A DNA stretch of 64,000 nucleotides, taken from NCBI GenBank assembly GCA_013265495.1, contig MU058836.1, positions 744,001 through 808,000 of the forward strand, in the 5' to 3' direction. The position numbers were made by a program, and so were the translations under genes. The stretch is from Vicugna vicugna (taxonomy: Eukaryota). The notes beneath the pieces are model-generated. The model was not told the DNA's origin, searched no databases, and worked only from the letters and a program-made list of their open reading frames with translations. Positions 38,473-52,189 of this stretch are shown here, piece after piece. Positions within the stretch are counted from its first letter, which is position 1; the number at the start of each line of letters is the position of its first letter.

Positions 38473-38879
38473 CGTGGGAAGGTTTCTAAGAATCCAGACA
38501 AGTTGGTCACCACTACTGCTTTGGGTGGATGTTTGACACTTTAGAAACAAAGCCAATTTTATACCACCAGGCAGAAAGCAACGAACAGCAGTCAACATCT
38601 CCTCTAAGACAAGAGACCCTCAGCTTGACTTTCCTGATATCTCCCCTCAGAATAAAAGGGGACAATGCTTTCCCCCTACCAGACATCCCTGTCATGACAT
38701 AGAATGGCCCAGCTACACCCTAGTAACCAAGGTAACAGCCTCACCCTTAATCCCTATGGGATGGCAATGTGTGCGTTTCAAGGAGGGCGTGGGTCAGCTA
38801 ACACATGAAGCACAGTAAGGGCTAAAGTAACCACTGGATTTGGCAACAAGGAGATCCTTGAATTTCGTTGCAGACATTG

Positions 38880-39095
38880 TGAACATGGAAGACATGCCAG
38901 TTTGGGAGCCAAACAGGATTTGGCTTGAATTGTAGCTCCACCATTTATTAGTGGGGTGACCTTGGACAGGTCACTTAACATGTCTGTAAATTTAGATAAT
39001 GACATTTACCTCATAGGATTGCTGTAAGGTGTAAGTGAGATAAAGTGTGTGAAATTGCATAGCACTTAACAGGCACTCAATATATACTGCTTCCT
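38880..39095 (+). mobile_element. MIR SINE
   Basis: gctccaccatttattagtggggtgaccttggacaggtcacttaac...tacctcataggattgctgtaagg...ggcactcaata. Confidence 0.85.
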
Positions 39096-40214
39096 ATTTT
39101 TTCGGCAGCTGTGGGAAGGCAAGGAACTTGGGACAGCCCCGGGGAAGAGATCTTGGCATCCTTAGGTTCTACTTTAGAAGCCTCGGCAGTGCTTGTTTTC
39201 AAAGAAGAAGAAAAGGGTTATTGATCTAGAGATCTGAGAGCTGAGACAGCTGACTTTGTCTAAGAGGGAAATGAAGGCAGTTTTTTTGGGTTCCATGCTG
39301 AGCTCTTGGCCTCTTTGCTTGGCCTCAGGCATCCTTGTTAATAAATTCCTATGTCATAAGGCTTTATACCAGCCAGTCACTATCCTCACTCCTGTTAGGT
39401 TCTGGGCTGAGCAGGATGGACTGAAGCTGTAGGTGACTGATTCTGAGCAAAATTGGTCCTTGGTGATGCTTCTGTGACTTGGATGAGTTTCCAGGACTGG
39501 TGAGAAGAAAATTCCAGATTCTGTGGTAAGAAAACCATGGTTCCTCCAGCCTTTGCTTGGAGAAAAGTCAGTCAAACATAGCAGGGGAGCCCATTTCAGA
39601 GCCACATTTGTGCTCTCTTCCTGTAGACATGTAGCTGGGACTAGCGGGTGGAAGGTCAAAAAAAAGGGGTCACTGCTGCGGGACTCAGTGGGGTTGGACT
39701 TAGTCCTTATTCCAATGGTCAGGTCTGGAGTCATCCCAATTCTTAGTCCCCTAGGAGTCACTGCAAATGCCAGGGGGTGAGTAGGGAAACTGCTGAGGCG
39801 TGTGAATGCGAATGGGTGCCAGGAAAGCGGAGCACCTGGGACAAGGAGGGCAGGCACGGTGCACGTGCGGCCACTTAGCCCCCCTCGGTCCAGGGCAGAC
39901 ACTGCTAATCCATCCCAGCTCGTTCCCACTTAACCTAAGCTCAGCTTCTGGGCCTGACCCCAGCACCTTCTCAGCTTAGAGCTCCAGGCCAGTATTAGAG
40001 CCTTGGCTTACAGGGCAGACTTAGTAAATATTTTCTCTCCTGGGACCGTTTTACTAATCTCTCAAACTAGTACTCAAATAACGTTTTGCAGACTGAGTAG
40101 AGGAGTGCTCTGCGATGTTTAATAGTATCTTGTAGCACTTGGCCATCATCTTCAATCCTTCCATTATATTAAGCAAAATTTATTTTAGATGATGGGGTTT
40201 TGGAATTGAACCTT

Positions 40215-40372
40215 CGTGGGCATCCAGAGCTGTTCGTTCCAAACTTGTAATCTTGGTAAATGCAGACTCTGATCTAGCTGGTCCAGGGTGGGGCCTGAGG
40301 CTGGTGCTTTACTGACCAGCTCCCAGGCGGTACTGATGCAGCTGAGCTGTGGTCCACGCTTTGAGTGGCAAG
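40215..40372. mobile_element. MER5A-like hAT-Charlie MITE
   Basis: aaatgcagactctgatctagctggtccagggtggggcctgag...ctcccaggcggtactgatgc...ccacgctttgagtggcaagg. Confidence 0.75.
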
Positions 40373-41625
40373 GGAATAGACCACATTAGGCATTGACTCA
40401 CCAGAGAGGAGAGGAAAATTTCAGACAAACAGGAACCTAATAGGGCTCACAATGTTCTAGAGAAAAGTTGGCAAGATCCTGCAGCCACCTGGACAAGCAA
40501 TCCGGGATGATGTAACGCTGCCATGCAGACTCATGTTATGAAATAGATGAGTAGCTTGGAGAGAATATACACTCCAGACTCCCGTTGCCTTGTGTGCAAG
40601 CTGCTGTCCATGAGCAGGAAAGGGTGATGCCTCCTGGGCCCCTTGCCTTGTCACTTGGGAGGAGAGGCATTGAGAGGGCTGCCAGCAGACTTCTTGGAGT
40701 TGGCTGGAATCAAGACAGGATAAGGGGGAAACCACAGTATCCCAGAGGCAGAGATAGAGCCAGGGAGGCTATGCCCTTTACATTGGCTGCTCCACCTATC
40801 TCAGGCCCAGTGGTCATCCTGAAAGTGCAATCAACCAACCAGAGAGAATCTCTGAAACTTACTTCTTTGTCTTCTCACTCAGCTTCTGCAGAACCTGTCG
40901 GTTCAAGCAGCCTCCCTGCCAGAGGAGAGAAGTTGAGTTAGAGATGGCTTGGTTACTGGCTCTTTCCATGCACATTTCATACTGGGCACAACTCTGGCTA
41001 GACTCAAAGCATAATTAGATGAGTGCCTGGAGGCCAAAGTTGTAGTCGGTTACTGAAGAGGGCAGAGAAAAACGTTGGGGAGAAGCCACCACCACCAGAC
41101 AGGGGCCTCCTTAAGAACCTGCAATCCTAGGAGAGCCAGTGGGGAGGCAGCACAGTGTGATGGAAAAGGTTCAGGTTTGGATTTGAATCTCAGCTCCTCA
41201 CTCAGCACCTCCGTAACCTTAGACAAGTTACTTGATTTGTCTGAACCTTGTTTTCCTCATCAGCAATATATTATCTCCTTGCAAGGCTAATGTCAAAATT
41301 AAATGAGGCAATAGATGTACAAGAGCTGAAGGCAAGACCCACCTCATTCCCAGTGTTTGTGTATAGAGGCTTCCTTCCCGGCTCCACCATGCACTTTCCC
41401 TCTAACGACACAGCCCTTGCTGACCACGAAGAGCTGGGCAGGGGAGCCACTGACGCCACCCAGTCTCTGCTGGAACCCCTTCCTCTTCCATCCCCCTGGT
41501 AGCACACCACGCTGATGGAGCCAGCCAACAGGGAACACATGCTTTTCTTTATCTGTAAAATGAAGATAGTGAGGTCCACCTCCCGGCTGCGAGGCTTTAA
41601 CGAAGCACTGGATTTGGAGATCTCC

Positions 41626-41750
41626 AGGGTGACCGTACATCACGATGTGTCCAGAACCATTCCAGTTTATATCTGATACTCCAGTGTCCTGTTTAGCAAT
41701 AAAACATTCTCAGTCCCACTTTGGATGGTAAAGTAAACGCACAAACTCTG
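41626..41750. mobile_element. hAT-Blackjack MITE (MER94-like)
   Basis: Begins agggtgaccgtac...gtccagaaccattccagttta and ends ...tttggatggtaaa. Confidence 0.6.
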
Positions 41751-42769
41751 AGGGGCTGTGCAAATGCTAGGCAGTGTGTACTGTATCTGGGGTTGGAAGC
41801 TGCTGTTGGTAACTCTAAATCAAGGCTGGAAGCACAGGAGTTGTGAAGGTTTTCTCCATATTTGGCCAGGCCCTTTTTCCTGTCCTTGCCTTTGCGGGAA
41901 TAAGAGGGAACCCAAGGAGTTTTGATGATTAGAGCAGGAAAACCTCCCGGCCAGAAGCGCACCTTCCCGGCACACCTCCGCCCGTGCCCACCATCAGCCA
42001 CCCGGCTCCCTTCCATCCCTGCCCCCGGGCCACTGACTCATCCCATCCAAGCCTAGACCTGTGCTCGAACAGCACATGGAGAACCCACTCTCCCTCCACC
42101 AGGGAGAATGGAAAATACTTCCCTGAGAATGTGAAACCCACGTGGGCCTCTCAGAGGCCAGATCCTGGCTGGGCCTCTGGGATTGCTCAAGAATCTCTCC
42201 TCTTCCTCCCCGTCTCCTCTGTCTTTCTTATGCCTCTTATGGAAGCTATACTGAGATGAAGCAATGCTCAGGCATAACTGGGTCAAGTCAACCATGTGTA
42301 TGTAGGGAGGAGACAATTGGACTGTGTAGGTGACTGTGTATCAGCAGCCAACACACCATTAACCAAACAGGAAAGTCTGGAAGGTCCACGCACTGGAGAC
42401 TCAGCTCCCCATCACCTACTGGATCAAGCTCAGCTCCACGCAAAAGCCGGGGAGCCTTCACCGCCAAATCCCTGCTCACCTCTCAGCCTCATCTCCCTCC
42501 ACACCCCACCGAGCACCCCAGTCTTCAGCCGCACTGAGCTTCGCAGTGTCCCCTGAACCTGTCGGCCATTCCTGCCTCTGTGCCTTTACGCATGCTGTTC
42601 CTTTTTCTCACAGTGGAAGGGAAAACTCCCCTTCTCTGTGGCTCTGAAAACTTGTACTGCAGCATCTGCTTCTCTGAGGAAATTTCTGCAGGAAGAGTTA
42701 GTTGCTTTCTCCTCTCTCCTCCCGAAGCACAGCACTTGTGTCGCCATGAATGCTTTACCCGTCTGCCTC

Positions 42770-42908
42770 CCAACTCATTAGGCTGTGAGCTACTCAGGTG
42801 GGAGGAACCAAGTCTTACTCATCTTTGTATCCTCAGAGCCTGTCATGGTATTAGGTTCATGTGCGCTGCTTTGCAAATGCATGTCAAGTGGATGAATGAA
42901 TGAATGAA
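42770..42908. mobile_element. L2 3' end with (GAAT)n tail
   Basis: ggctgtgagctact...tcttactcatctttgtatcctcagagcctg...gatgaatgaatgaatgaa. Confidence 0.75.
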
Positions 42909-44299
42909 CACGTAATTGTAAGAGGGTTGGCTGTGGGTCCACCTACCTTGATTGGTGCCAGCAGCCACTGCGTGCTTTTGACCAAGTCACATAACCTCTC
43001 CTGACCTCAGATGCCTCACCAATAGGATGGTAATAATAACACCCAAACTGCCTACCTTGTAGGGCTGTGGCGAGGACTTAGTGACGTAATTTGTGGGAAA
43101 ACATCTTGTAACCTAAAAAGGGAGATACATGCACCCCAACACCACAGAGTCCACTGGACTGACTGGGCTTCAAAACCCTCACTCCTGAGCGAGGTGCGTA
43201 CTGGAAAAAGAGGCCTCCTGCTCTCTGAGCTCTCCAAGAAACTGTCAACAGCAGTATCTTTCAGGACAAGCCCAAAGACAGATGTATGTGCTTATATGGA
43301 AATGTGTTTTTAACAAATATAACATGAGAATGGAATTTTTTTTTCCCCACATCAAGCCTTGATAGCTAATTAATTCCACCTGGAGGGGGGAAGCCAGGCA
43401 TTGAGCAAAGAAAGTGTCCTTCTTCCATGTTTGGAAAAGAATCCACAGTAGCTATCTCACGGGCATCTGGAGAAAGGCAACAGATAAGCCAAGTCATTGG
43501 TTTTGAAGGATCTCAAGGATTATTTAGTCTGACCTCATCATTTTACAGGCAACCCAGAGAAGGAACATGTTTAGCTCAGGAAACTGGAAAGTGGCAAAAC
43601 TGGGCATGGCTTCCTGACTCTTTCCACTGCTCTTTCTCCTACATAGCCGACTCCCCTGATCCCAGACTGATGGCATTTCTTAGCTAGATTCTGTTGCTGG
43701 TGGTTAGAGCAACCCGTGGACAAAGTTAATTATCCAAAGAGATGTTCTTTATAGCAGGCTTATTCTCCTCTCTGCAAAGATCGTGTCCAGATAAGCGCTC
43801 GCAGGTTGATGACCCTTGGCACCCGCTGCCCTTCCTAATAATTACCTTTTAAATTAATTCCTTATAAATTGCCTTTGATGCATTGAGTGCCTGGGTAGAT
43901 GCTGAGCGCTGTGCTGAACTTTGCAACAGCAAGACGCAGTGTCTAAAGCTGCAGTGAAAGGCACTGTGGACTGCTCCCCAGGGAACCTGGATTGCAACTT
44001 TCTGATTCCTGCCCCCACCACAACTTGCTGTGACACCTTGACAAGGCATTTCCATCCTCGGAACCTCAGTTTTCAACTCTGTGAAATGAGGCTGAATTCC
44101 TTCCCGATTTCAGGTCTACGAGATGAACTGGGATTCTGCATGCCTACGTGACAAGAACAGGATGTTGCATCCAGATTTATTCTCTTAACTCAGGCTTGGG
44201 GCACATGGTAGGGCAGGGTCAGGGCTTGCGTTTTTGGCAATATTTGAGCAATGTGTTAGGCACTATAGCAAGCTTCAGTTGGGAGCCATTCTGAGCTCC

Positions 44300-45170
44300 T
44301 CTCCTCTGCCATGCCCTCTAGAATGCTGAGGGATAAAAACCCTTGGCCTTAGCCTCAGTCACAATTTTTGTTTGTTTGTTTAATATTATTCCGTTATTAA
44401 TTATTTTCCCTTTGGCTGATGTTCTTGGCTTTATTCCCACCTTCTCCCCTGGTCATCTCATCACCACCTATAGCTACCACCTCGGTGTTGAGGATTCTCA
44501 AACTCTTCTCCTGGTCCAGGGCTGAGCCGTGTACTCTTTCCCTGGGCCATCACCTCTAAGCTTTAGGCGTACATTCAGCATGTCCTCCTGAGTGTCCCGC
44601 AGTCCTGTCACGTTCAGCATCTCCTTCACCTCCCTCCTCTTGCCTCTCTCCCAGTCTTCCCCATCTCAGTAATGACATCACATTCAAGCCCTTGAACAAG
44701 CAGAACACTGGAAATGATCCTTGATACCTTCTTGTCCTGCCTGTCCCAGTCATCTCCTTCCTTCACCTAGATCCTGTCCTTCCTTTCCTCTTCCTATCCC
44801 TTTTGCCCTGGTTCCTGCCTCATGATCTCTCACCATGACCACTGTGTCAGCCTACCTTAACCTACTTTCCTGCTTCCTCCTCACTGTCTCTTCTTCTAGT
44901 CTATTCTCCACCCTGGAGCTGTGAGCAGTGGATCTCATTCTTAATGCAGTGCGGATCACCTGGGAGGCTTAAACCCCCTGATGCCTGGGTATCATCTCCA
45001 GGGACTCTAAGGTAATTGATCTGGGGTCTGGTCCAGTATGGAGAGTCTTAAATGTTCTTCAACTGATTCTAATGTAAAGTCAGGGTTGAGGGCTACTGTG
45101 CTAAAATAATCTTTCTAAAACGACTTGCAGGGTAAAGTCTAAACTCTGTAATTGGCATTACCTGACCATT
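44300..45170. mobile_element. L2 fragment interrupted by a MER5A-like MITE (~44925-45100)
   Basis: Pyrimidine-rich L2 text on both sides of cagtggatctca...tcacctgggaggctt...ctgattctaatgt...ggttgagggctactg. Confidence 0.65.
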
Positions 45171-46714
45171 CCCAAATAGGACATAGCCTCCCATATCTGT
45201 TACCTTAACTTCCCAGATGATTCCAGTATGCAGGCGAGGATGAGACCACTTCTGTTAGCTGCAGCATGGAGGATGGAGAGAGGCAGTGGTCCAGGTGAGA
45301 GATAATGGGCAAAAACTAGGGCAGATGCAATGGAAAGTTCCACTGACTCTTTTGTCCTCCCTCACTCCCAGAGGCATAATTAGCAAAAATGACCTGGAAT
45401 ACAAAATCTGATATCCCTTCTCCTGATTCCACTTCATTGTACATCTTTCCAGCAAGAGTGAGTTTGATTAAACAAGTGTTAACACCTTAACTATTCTCCT
45501 AGTGAAAGGGGGGCTGGGAGAGGACAGCCTGATATCAGAGAGGCCCCTGGAAAACTATTGTGCATACACACTGAGTTCCACAGATGGTATCAAACAGCTC
45601 TTTACTTTCCCTTCAAGTAGCGCCCTGCCCTCCAAACCCACCTTAGCTGGATACCAAGGTTGTCCTTCTCTCTCTGCTTGCCCCTCTTTGCTTTACATCA
45701 AATGGTCCTCGTGGGGTTCTGTTTGTTTTTTCTTAACGTCTTTGCCTTCCCTCCAGGTTCTGCTGCTCTTTCCCTTGGCCCTGATTTATGCTCAATCAAT
45801 TGGGCACATCTGGTTTCCCCGTGACTGAGCTGAAGGGAGGTGAGGTGTAGGGACTCTTGGAACCCAGGTCTGCATGACTCCACAGGCCATGTTGTTTCTA
45901 CTGTACCAAGCATCCTTTACTAACTTTTGTTTTCTGATAAATCAAGGCTTTTCCAAGAGCAATCTAATCTGAACAGTATGAGGTCATAAAGCAGATGTGA
46001 CCTCAGGAGTGAAAATTTCCAAAGCCTTGTGTTTTCCAGATCAGTGTCTTGCAGTGAGGGGGTCACAATTCTCATGGGATTTCTTAGAGGAACGTTTTCT
46101 TGGGGGAGTGTTTTTTTAGAGCCAGCGTGGGGATGTAGAAAGTTCAAGGTAGGGAGTCAGTAAAACTGCAAGAGACCTGAATAACAGGCCAGGTTGGCTT
46201 GAGAATGTCACCCCCTTTGAGCCTCGTTTTTCTTGTTAGTAACTGAGGATAACATACGTGCCTTCGTTCAGTTTACTGTGAAGATCCTATGAAAAAAATG
46301 TCTGGGGAGGTGCTTTTTAAATTGTGCAGAACCCTGAATGCATAAGGCATTGCTCTTCTACGTGCAAATGCGAACAATTGATGCCTGGAAGTGAATCATA
46401 AGATAGATGCATTAATTTGAAATGCCAAAACTGACCAGGCATTGGATTCATCAAGTAGTTCCTATGGTTTTCTAACAAGGAATCATCATTTGTCTTGGGA
46501 CATCTAAGAACTCTTGTAAAACAGTCCTGTACAGGATATAACATATTGACGATTAAGATGTATGGGCATGATACCGAGATTTACGACATGCTGGCTGTTT
46601 TGCAATTTGAAAATCTAAAACCAGATTTTGGAAAGAAATGTTTCTCTTCCAGCCAAGCAGCACAGCCAAGACAGAATCCAGTGGGAGAAGGTCCAGTGGG
46701 TGCTTCTAGAGTCC

Positions 46715-47052
46715 AGTCTGGGCTGGCAAGCCTGAATGTCCACAGGGTGAGGCAGTATGGATAAGGCATTAGTGGGGATGGAAGGACCCCCTCCCCGGGC
46801 TTCTAAAGGACCATTATGGGAGGCAACAGCCACGCAATACCCACGCATTGTGGTCACACAGGAATTGGGCTGCATGCACCAGATTTTCTGAATTTTGGGG
46901 AGAAGCTGGAAATACAGGTTTTTGTGCATGTATATGAAGTTTCCATTTTTAAGTGTTGGCAGTAGAACAAATTTAAAACTCTGGGTGGGCCAAACCAAAC
47001 AGATGTGCTGATTGGATTTGGCCCTCAGGCCACCCACCTATAACTTCTGATC
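46715..47052. mobile_element. hAT-Charlie MITE (MER102-like)
   Basis: cagattttctgaatttt...gaagctggaaat...gggccaaaccaaacagatgtg...ggatttggccctcaggcc. Confidence 0.6.
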
Positions 47053-47084
47053 TGGGCCAACTGGCCACCCGTTGGAACTACTTG

Positions 47085-47226
47085 GGGGAGGATTTAGAAA
47101 TCTCAATGCTCAGGCCTTTCCCTGAACCAATTAAACCAGAATTTGTGAGGGTGAGACTCAGGCGTGCGTATAAGTTAAAGCTGGCCAGGCAATTCCAGTG
47201 CTTAGCCAAGTTTGAGAACCAGTGCT
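47085..47226. mobile_element. MER5A-like MITE
   Basis: atgctcaggcc...ccaattaaaccagaattt...gccaagtttgagaaccagtg. Confidence 0.7.
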
Positions 47227-47261
47227 TAAGAGCCTTGCTACTTAAAATCTAGTCCTCCCCC

Positions 47262-48362
47262 TAAAAACTGTAGGACTGATGACAGAAACTAAAAAAGAGA
47301 CAAACAAATGGAAAGATACCTACTGTTCATGGACCAGGATAATTCATGTTGTTAATGTCCATACTACCCAAATCTATAGATTCAAGGCAATCCCTATCAA
47401 AATTCCAGTAGCATTTTTCACAGAAATAGAATGAACAAGCCTAAAATTAGTATGGAACTGAACAGCTAAAGCATTCTTGAGAAAGAACAAAGCTGGAGGC
47501 ATAATGCTTCCTGATTTCAAAATATACTATAAAGTTATGGTAATCAAAATACTATGGTACTGGCTTAAAAATAGACACATAGACCAATGGAACAGCATCA
47601 AGAGCCCAGAAATAAACCCATGCATATACAGTCAACTAATGTTCAACAAGGGAGCCAAGAATACTCAATGAGGAAAGGGTAGTCTCTTCAATAAAGAATG
47701 TTGCAAAAGCTGGAGATCCACATGCAAAGGAATGAAACTAGACCCCTATCTTACACCATTTGCAAAAATTAACTCAAAATGGGTTAAAGACTTAAACATA
47801 AGACCTGAAACCGTAAAACTCCCAGAAGAAAACACATGGGAAAAGTTCCTTGGCGTGGGTCTTAGCGATAATATTCCAGATATGACAACAGAAGCAGAAG
47901 CAACAAAAGCAAAAATAAGCAAGTGGGACCACATCAAACTAAAAGGCTGCTATACAGCAAAAAACAGTCAACAAAATGAAAAGGGAACCTATGGAATGGG
48001 AGAATGTATTTGCAAATCAAATATCTGATAAAGGTTTAATGTGAAAAATTTATAAGGAACTCGTAATATATTCAACAGCAAAAAAAAAAAAATCTGATTT
48101 AAAATGGGCAAAGGACCTAAACAGACATTTGTTTCCAAAGAAGACATACAAATGACCAACAAGTATGTGAAAAGATGCTCAACATCATTAATCATCAGGG
48201 AAATGCAAGTCAAAACCACAATAAGATGTTAGAGAGGTTCTTATCAAAAAGACAAGAGATAAATGCTGGTGAGGATGTGGAGGAAAGGGAACCCTTGTGC
48301 ACTGTTGGTAGGAAGTTAACATAGCCATATGGAAAACAGTATGGAGGTTTCTCAAAGTAGAG
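47262..48362 (+). mobile_element. LINE-1 ORF2 C-terminal fragment
   Basis: ORFs 47477-47671 ([17 protein letters not shown]...[13 protein letters not shown]) and 47732-48028 (MKLDPYLTPFAKINSKWVKDLNIRPETVK) are recognisable L1 ORF2 sequence, disrupted by stops. Confidence 0.95.
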
Positions 48363-50411
48363 CTTCAGGATCAGGAAAGATAGAAGATTTTTTCCTAGGG
48401 AAAATGTAGATTCTTTATTCTTCTATGAATCTTATGACAAGTTCACATTCCTAATTGGTAGTGGGAGAATTGCACGCAGCCCCAGCTTAAAGCCCAGTCC
48501 TTTCCATTAGTTTTTTTAAAAAATCTAATCATGTTATATCAGTATAGATTTAGTTGTAGAAAAAAATACCCTAGCTATTTTAAGTAAAAAGCAATATGTG
48601 CTGAAAAAATAGTTGATAGGTTGAAGGGCAGGGAAATGGTTCCTAGAACAACACTGCAGAACTGGGCTTCCAGGGGAGCTGCTACCTCTGTCACAAGCAG
48701 GAAAGTGGGTAAACATTCATTCAACTTCAAAAACACCATCTCAAGCACCACTCGCAGTTCCAGTGAGCACTGGGACTCATTCTTTGCATGTTCTCTCTCT
48801 CCAAATTGCTTCCCCACTCCTCCCATCTGATTCTGTGCCCTGGAGAGCATTATTCCCATCCTTTGCCCAACAGTGGGGCCAGTGGGGAAGCAGGAGAGTC
48901 TGCCCAAATGAGTGACGGCCCGTCTGGCTCCCAACCACACTGTCATCACTCTATTCCGACCCAGGGGATGTTGAGGGGCTCAGTCATGGCTGGGTGTTGT
49001 TAGGGCAAAGATAGGTGTAAGCCCTTGGTCTTCGTCTGGTTCAGTCCATTATCAGAGGAATTTACTGATGAAATAGCCTTGGCATAGGTGGTAAGTGTGG
49101 TTTTCTCAATCAGTGCTTAGCATCCAAACACTGCTGTGTGTCAGGGCACTCCCAAATAAGCAGCTTCTTTGATCCCACCCACAGTTTACAGCCTGCCCCA
49201 TTCCCAGCATGCGTCCCATAGTCTAGCATTACATGTGGACCAGTATTTCCACATGACTGAAGCCAGTGGATCCTCCTTCACCCCTCTAAGAGCCAGGTGG
49301 GATTGAGAGGTGGGCATTCATCCTAAGACCACTTCACCAGCACAGGGGCCCCACAAATCCCCAGAGAGGCCATTGTGGGAGCCCATGTACTTTTGCACAA
49401 GTACATCCCCAAACTTCAGTGATTCCCCTGGGAAAAGGGAGACAGGAAGACATAAGGACCAAAAGGCTTAAGTCACTACGGATTCTGCATTTCTCCTATA
49501 AGACTGAAAGGAAACATAGATATCAAGGCTGCCAAAGTCACAAAAAGAGACACCAGATGTGACGTGCTTCCTATAATCTCGACTTACACTGCTGGTAGTC
49601 TTGCTAAAAGGATTCAGTCCAATCCCCTTGTCTGAATTAGGAAATTTCCAGGAAATACAAAGGAAAAAAATGTGCTACACCAAGAATGTTCGATCAGCAA
49701 AACTCTGGAAACTGTGGGCTGAAAAACTTGGATTCATCAACTGATAAGTTGTAATAAAATGAAGGAGATGGAGGAGAAACATCTAAATTTAAAAAAACAT
49801 TTAAGAGACATATTTTTTAAATGGTCTAGACTAAACTAAATCTTGGGATGCACACGTGGGTAGTAATACTATTTAAAAGATACCTGGAAGGGATGTAAAC
49901 AATGCACAAATTTTTCATGGGGAGAGGAAAGAGATCGCAACAAAGTTCTTTCCTTGACCCAGTGTTCCTCTTCTTATAATTCATTAAACTTTAATTGTCC
50001 TCTTGTCCAGCCCACATCTTAGCCGGAATCTCAGCTGCAATGTCCCTTCCAAGTGGACTGCCAGCCTCTCTTTGCACACTCTCGGGAGGGGACACACATT
50101 ATGCCCAAAGCACCTCTTCATGCTCTAGACAGCTTTGCCTGTTACCACATTATTTTTCTGGGCTGAGATGACATCTACCCCCTGGAGCTTCTTCCTAGGA
50201 ACCAGTCTGTAGTGTTTTCTGAGCTGCTTGAGCTCTGTTTCCCTGAATTCTAAGTCCTGTGTAGTACTCTGCTTGTCACGCACCCCCCTGGCCCCTTGGA
50301 GGAGAGCCGCTCTCTACCAAGATTACTGCTTCTTCCATTGCACCAGATGATCCATCCCCAGTGGTCAAAATTGGGTCCAGAGAAGACATTCCTCATGGCA
50401 CCTACCCCCTA

Positions 50412-50755
50412 GAGGTCAGATGTTGGAAGTCAGCCTACAGACCACTGAATCTGGTCTGCAGATGTGGGCTGTTAACCTCACAGTGCTTTTTAAAAATGGA
50501 ACTCGTGCCAGCACTTAAAGACCTGAGGAGTTCACATTTTCAAAATCCAGGTTTTTATGGAATATCTGTCAATACCAAGTCTTCATTCCTATATGCTAAG
50601 AGTTGGCTGGAGCTGAGTACAGATCACCCCAGACACAGGGGCATAGCTGTCTACTGTTCACCATACTCTCGCCTCTCTTGACTGTCTTACACTCAGCTGG
50701 CTCACCTCATTTATCTTTAATCCCTGGTCCCTACAGGCAGCACGGTTTACAGCCG
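50412..50755. mobile_element. MER102-like MITE, opposite orientation to the 46.7 kb copy
   Basis: tgaatctggtctgcagatgtg...tgccagcacttaaa...aaaatccaggttt...cctggtccctacaggca. Confidence 0.55.
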
Positions 50756-52189
50756 GTGCACTGTTCAGCGGGGACTCCCTTGTACGTAAATAGGTCATTT
50801 TCAGACAAGATCAAGGTAACCACACCCCAACAGGCAACTTGAAAATTGCATAGAAAATGTCTTCATTTTTGGATACGACCTTTAAAAATCCATCCTAAAG
50901 AAACACTTTCACCTAGGTTATAAGTAACATAATTAAGTATTTCATCATGGCATTGCTTATAATAATGGTTAGCTAGGAATAACTTAAATGCTTATCTACT
51001 GGGGAATGACTCGGTCAACCACAGTATCTCCAGGTCAGAGAGTACTAAATCTCAAATATATATTAACTGGAAATAGTAAGTTATAAGGTAATATAAAAAT
51101 ATGATGCTATTTATGTTTTAAAAACAACATACTTACAAATATATATATATATATATCTTTATGTAAATAGAAAAAGCTCTAGAAGGCAACACATCAAACT
51201 TAAAGCAGCAGTCACTGCTGAAATGGGACTAGAATCGGGGACAATAGCAAAGACTTAAGCTTTATTAGTATTGTTTTAATATTTTTTTTCAGTGAGAGTG
51301 TATTTGGGTAATTATTTGGGTTGTTGAAGTCCAGTTAAAAAGACAATGTATCCTCTGTGCAGAAGCTCATTCCTCAGAGCAAGACTGTGACCATGGAGAA
51401 ATCAGCCACATTCTGTGTGTGAACTTAGTGTGTCATTGCATTTCTAGGGAGTCCATACCTCTGAGTTTTTTTGGTCAAGTTCCCATTTTAAATATGCCAT
51501 GTCCCCATAAATACCTTGCCAGACTTCGGTTTGGAAAATATAGTCACTGTATACCTTATACAAATTGCTGTTTCCAAGCAACTGCATATCAAGGATACAT
51601 CAGATTTACCAAAAATACACACTGGAGGCTTCCGGGTCCCCAAACAGAACTCCATAATGTATCACTGCTGACCAATATAAATTCTTTTGGGCTCAGAGCA
51701 TGGGGGAAATCCATCCAAGTTTTGTGTCTCATCCCCAGGGGGCGTAACGACAGCCCAGTTGAAAACAGATCTCGAAGGGCATTGCTCTGTGGAGCCGTGC
51801 TGCCTGCTGGTTCTCACGTCCCTTCAGAGGCTGAGTTCTGAAATCTTGGCTGCTGCCAGCACCCCCTTCAACTCTAGACAGATGCTCGGATACAGGCGAG
51901 GCAGGCCCAGGGGAGAGCTGGTTGAGTATTTCCACATCTGGCAGGAGCCTCCGATCCAAGCCGTCCACGACGAGACTGAGACTCTGAGGTTGACCTGCAG
52001 AGGAGGGAAGTGCTACTCATAAGATCGCAGACTCCCTGGGCTAGACCTGCCCTGAGGGGTAGCCTGATAGCTACACGACGGCCTGGGTCCCCAGCAGACC
52101 GAGGCAAGCCCAGCGGGCATGCTGGCTGCCCCAGAGAAGAGGCTCCACCAAAGCAGTGGGGTCAGATTTTGACTGGGTCAAGAAGGGTG

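Noticed and set aside
47477..48028. ORFs with clear protein-like sequence
   Set aside because: These are L1 ORF2 remnants broken by stops, not host genes or an active element.
46715..50755. Two inverted MER102-like copies as the ends of one composite transposon
   Set aside because: The copies are highly diverged from each other, no shared TSD is visible, and the interior is unrelated repeats; independent insertions are more likely.
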